In this document: positions 59,521 to 64,000 of the stretch, one piece after another | How positions within the stretch are numbered: position 1 is the stretch's first letter | How the letters are laid out: each line of letters starts with the position of its first letter | Assembly: GCF_009914755.1 (NCBI RefSeq) | Contig: NC_060943.1 | DNA: 64,000 nucleotides | Strand: one strand, 5' to 3' | From: the human T2T-CHM13v2.0 reference genome, Homo sapiens | Notes under the pieces: generated by a model | Told to the model about the DNA's origin: nothing | What the model saw: the letters and a program-made list of their open reading frames with translations, nothing else | Database searches by the model: none | Program-made: the position numbers and the translations under genes

Positions 59521-60811
59521 AGTTGGGGGTCTCTGAGGGGGCTACAGGGGACACTTTAAGGATTTCTCGAGGAAGATGAGTAGCCTCTAAGGTGCTTCGG
59601 GCGTTGCAGGCTGCTTAGGAGATGATCTCAGGGGATTTGGGGGGCAATTTGGGGGTCTTTGGGCAACTGGTGGAAATTCCAGGGAGCTGGGGCTGACTGG
59701 AAATCCGTGGCGGTGTGGGGGTCTTTTTGGAGCCGTGATAACTGTGAGAGACTTCAGGGGGCTCTCCAGTAGGTCACCGGGGCTCACAGGGACGACCCAA
59801 TAGATAGTCTCTGGGGGGTTGCCAAGACACTTTGGGTCTATCTAGGGCTTTCTCTGAGGGATGAGCGAGCTGCTCTATAAAGGACTTCCCGGGTTTCTGA
59901 AGGTGTGAGTTTCCTCGGGATCGTTTACAGCTGGGGCACTGTTTGAGATTTTGGGGTCTGTGTGGGACTTTGGGTTTGGGAGTTGTTCGGAGTGTGTCGG
60001 GAGGCTGCTGTGTATTCCAGGACTTGTTTGGGGGGTGTCTTCTGGAGACTGGGACACTGGATTCATGCTAGGGGGGCAGATTCTGGTGTCCTGTGCAAGG
60101 ATCCTTGGAGGGTTTTTGCGGTGTCTCTGAGGGACTTGCTCAAACGAGCCGTTGGGGGTCCTTCTGGGATGAAACAGGCATTGCTGGGGGTTTCTATCAG
60201 AGCAGACCTCAGGAACAGCACCACGTGGGAGCAGGTGAGCGCCGGCTAGCGGGGCAGGGCTCAACACCTTCACAGCTCCTTGTAAGATGGAGTAGCAAGA
60301 GGGACTGAACCCATTGTAAGGAGGGCACAGAGGGTGTGGAGATGGGAAAGATCCCACCGTAAGTTGACTGGTTCTGAACTTTCTAAAACTCACCCCTTCT
60401 GCATGCCATGGCCCCCTGCCCCCGGCTCCTTGGTTGTTCTGATGTGGAAATCTGACTGTGCCCTCTGCTCAGACACCTTCCATGGCCAGCCCATCCTTGG
60501 CAGAAGGAAGACTCAGCCCCTAGCTGGGCACTCAAGGTCCTACCATCTGTTCCCTGCCCACCTGCCACTCCCCCCATCCATATGTTCACCTGGTCTTCAG
60601 AAAGACTTGCAGTGTCAAGCTCAAGCTGCCCAGAACATACTGGACCCCTTTTAGCCAGGGCAGGCTCTCCCTCTGGGAACCTTTGCTGAATTTTCCTGCT
60701 CAGCACCCTCCCATAGCTCCTTGTTGCCCTTAGAATTGACGCCATACTGGCCGGGAGCGGTGGCTCACGCCTGTAATCCCAGCACTTTGGGAGGCCGAGG
60801 CAGGCAGATCA

Positions 60812-61421
<610 letters not shown>

Positions 61422-62211
61422 TAAAGTGCTGGGATTACAGGCATGAGCCACCATGCCTGGCTCCCTTTTTTTTGAGACAGGGTGTCTCCTCTGTTGCCCA
61501 GGGTGGACCAGCCTCCATCTCCTGGGCTCAAGCAATCCTCCCACCTCAGCCTCCTGACTAGCTGGGACTACAAACGCCTGCCTCCGCTCCTGGATAGTTA
61601 ATAGAATGTTTTTTATAGAGATGAGGTCTCGCTATATTGCCCAGTCTGGTCTGGAACTCCTGGCTTTAAGCGATCCTCCTACCTCAGCCTCCCAAGTGGC
61701 TGGGATGACAGGTGCACACCACCACACCTGGCTAATTTTTTTATTTTTTGTAGAGACGTGGTTCTGCCACGTTGCCCAGGCTAGTCTCGAACTCCTGGCC
61801 TCCAGCGATCACCCAATTTCAGCCTCCCAAAGTGCTGGGATTACCGCGCCCAGCGTGAACTGCTTTGAACCATATTGTCTACTTGACTTTCAGACAGCCA
61901 GATGGTGCAGTTGGAGTTGCAAACTCATGTGAGGTTATGAGTCATCGATCGAGATTTCACCCCTTCCTCCTAACAGCAAGGTCTGAGATACCAAATTTCC
62001 TTTTAGCTCCTGGTGTGTGTATGTTAAGGAAAGATCTTATTTTGATTTCCAATTCACCTTTATGTTGAATGGGCATGCTTTGAGGTCTTATCAGACTCAA
62101 ACCTGCTTGTCTGACACCTAAGCTGTCCCCCTCCTGGGGCTACAATGACATTTTGGCCTCTGGTTGGTCCTTATTTTCTGATCACCTTGTTGCTACATTA
62201 ATAAAAAATTA

Positions 62212-62496
<285 letters not shown>

Positions 62497-63137
62497 TCAA
62501 AAAACAAAACAAAACAAAACAAAGATTTAACTCATTTAACCCAGCATTTTTAGTTGTTTTCTTTCTTTGCTTTGGGATTAGAAGTTTCTTGTTTTTTTGA
62601 TAAAGTCTCACTCTGTCACCCAGGCTGGAGTGCAGTGGTGTGATCATAGCTCACTGTAGCCTCAACTTCCTGGGCTCAAATGATCCTCCCATCACAGCCT
62701 CCCAAGTAGCTGGGACTACAGATGCGTGCCACAACAGCCAGCAGATTTTGTTTATTTTTTATAAAGGAGAGGTCTCACTATGTTGTCCAGGCTGGTCTTG
62801 AACTCCTGAGGTCAAGAGATCCTCCTGCCTCAGCCTCCCAAAGTGCTAGGATTATAGGTGTGAACCACCACATCTGGCCTGTTTTCTTGCCTTTTAATCT
62901 TGGGCCTCTTTCTAGACTGTGGGCCCTATAGGGGCACAAAAGGAGACTGTGTCAGTCTTGGTGCCACTGTGGCCCTGCGCCCCACTCAGGATTGGCGCAC
63001 AGCGGTAGCGCAGGACATGTTTGTTAGGTGGAAGGCCATCCCTTCCTTCTTGGGTTCACCCAGGCCCATCTCTCCCTCCTGTCCAGCTCTGCTCCCATGG
63101 GCCCTGTGGGTGTCCATGCCTGGTTCTAAGTTCCTGA

Positions 63138-63677
<540 letters not shown>

Positions 63678-64000
63678 TAGCTGGGATTACAGGTGCCTGC
63701 CACCACACCCGGATAATTTTTGTATTTTTAGTTGAGAGGGGGTTTCACCACATTGGCCAGGCTGGTCTCAAGGTCCTAACCTCAGGTCATCCGCCTGCCT
63801 TGGCCTCCCAGAATGCTGGTATTACAGGCTGAACCACTGCGCCCAGCCCTAGTGACTCCCTTCTAATGAGTAAAATACATCAGAATTGATGGAGGCTGGG
63901 TGCAGAGGCTCGTGCATATAATTCCAGCACTTTGGGAGCCCAAGATGGGAGGATTGCCTGAGGCCAGGAGTTCAAGACCAGCCTGAGCAACATGATGAGA

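Overview
Human (primate) genomic DNA, extremely Alu-dense, recognisable from its proteins as the 19p13.11 locus MVB12A - TMEM221 - NXNL1 - SLC27A1. I reconstructed three complete spliced CDSs with GT-AG junctions: MVB12A (+, 9 exons, 273 aa), TMEM221 (-, 3 exons, 291 aa) and NXNL1 (-, 2 exons, 212 aa RdCVFL, plus the 109 aa intron-retained RdCVF). The first coding exon of SLC27A1/FATP1 (+) is also present. Other features are an Alu-interrupted HMGB3 processed pseudogene, several solo LTRs (two nested inside Alus), DNA-transposon and L1 remnants, and microsatellites. Nearly all ORFs in the supplied track are Alu or simple-repeat artefacts. I see no evidence for a wholly new multi-gene system. 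The best small-scale leads are: (1) an exactly duplicated 5' splice site in MVB12A that would give an NMD-escaping frameshifted C-terminus; (2) a pair of ISRE motifs at the BST2/BISPR-proximal end of the window; (3) a 60-bp ancient MT-CO1 NUMT in the NXNL1 intron; (4) a dispersed repeat whose unit includes the NXNL1 stop codon; (5) a MER53 hairpin carrying a miR-1302-like arm.
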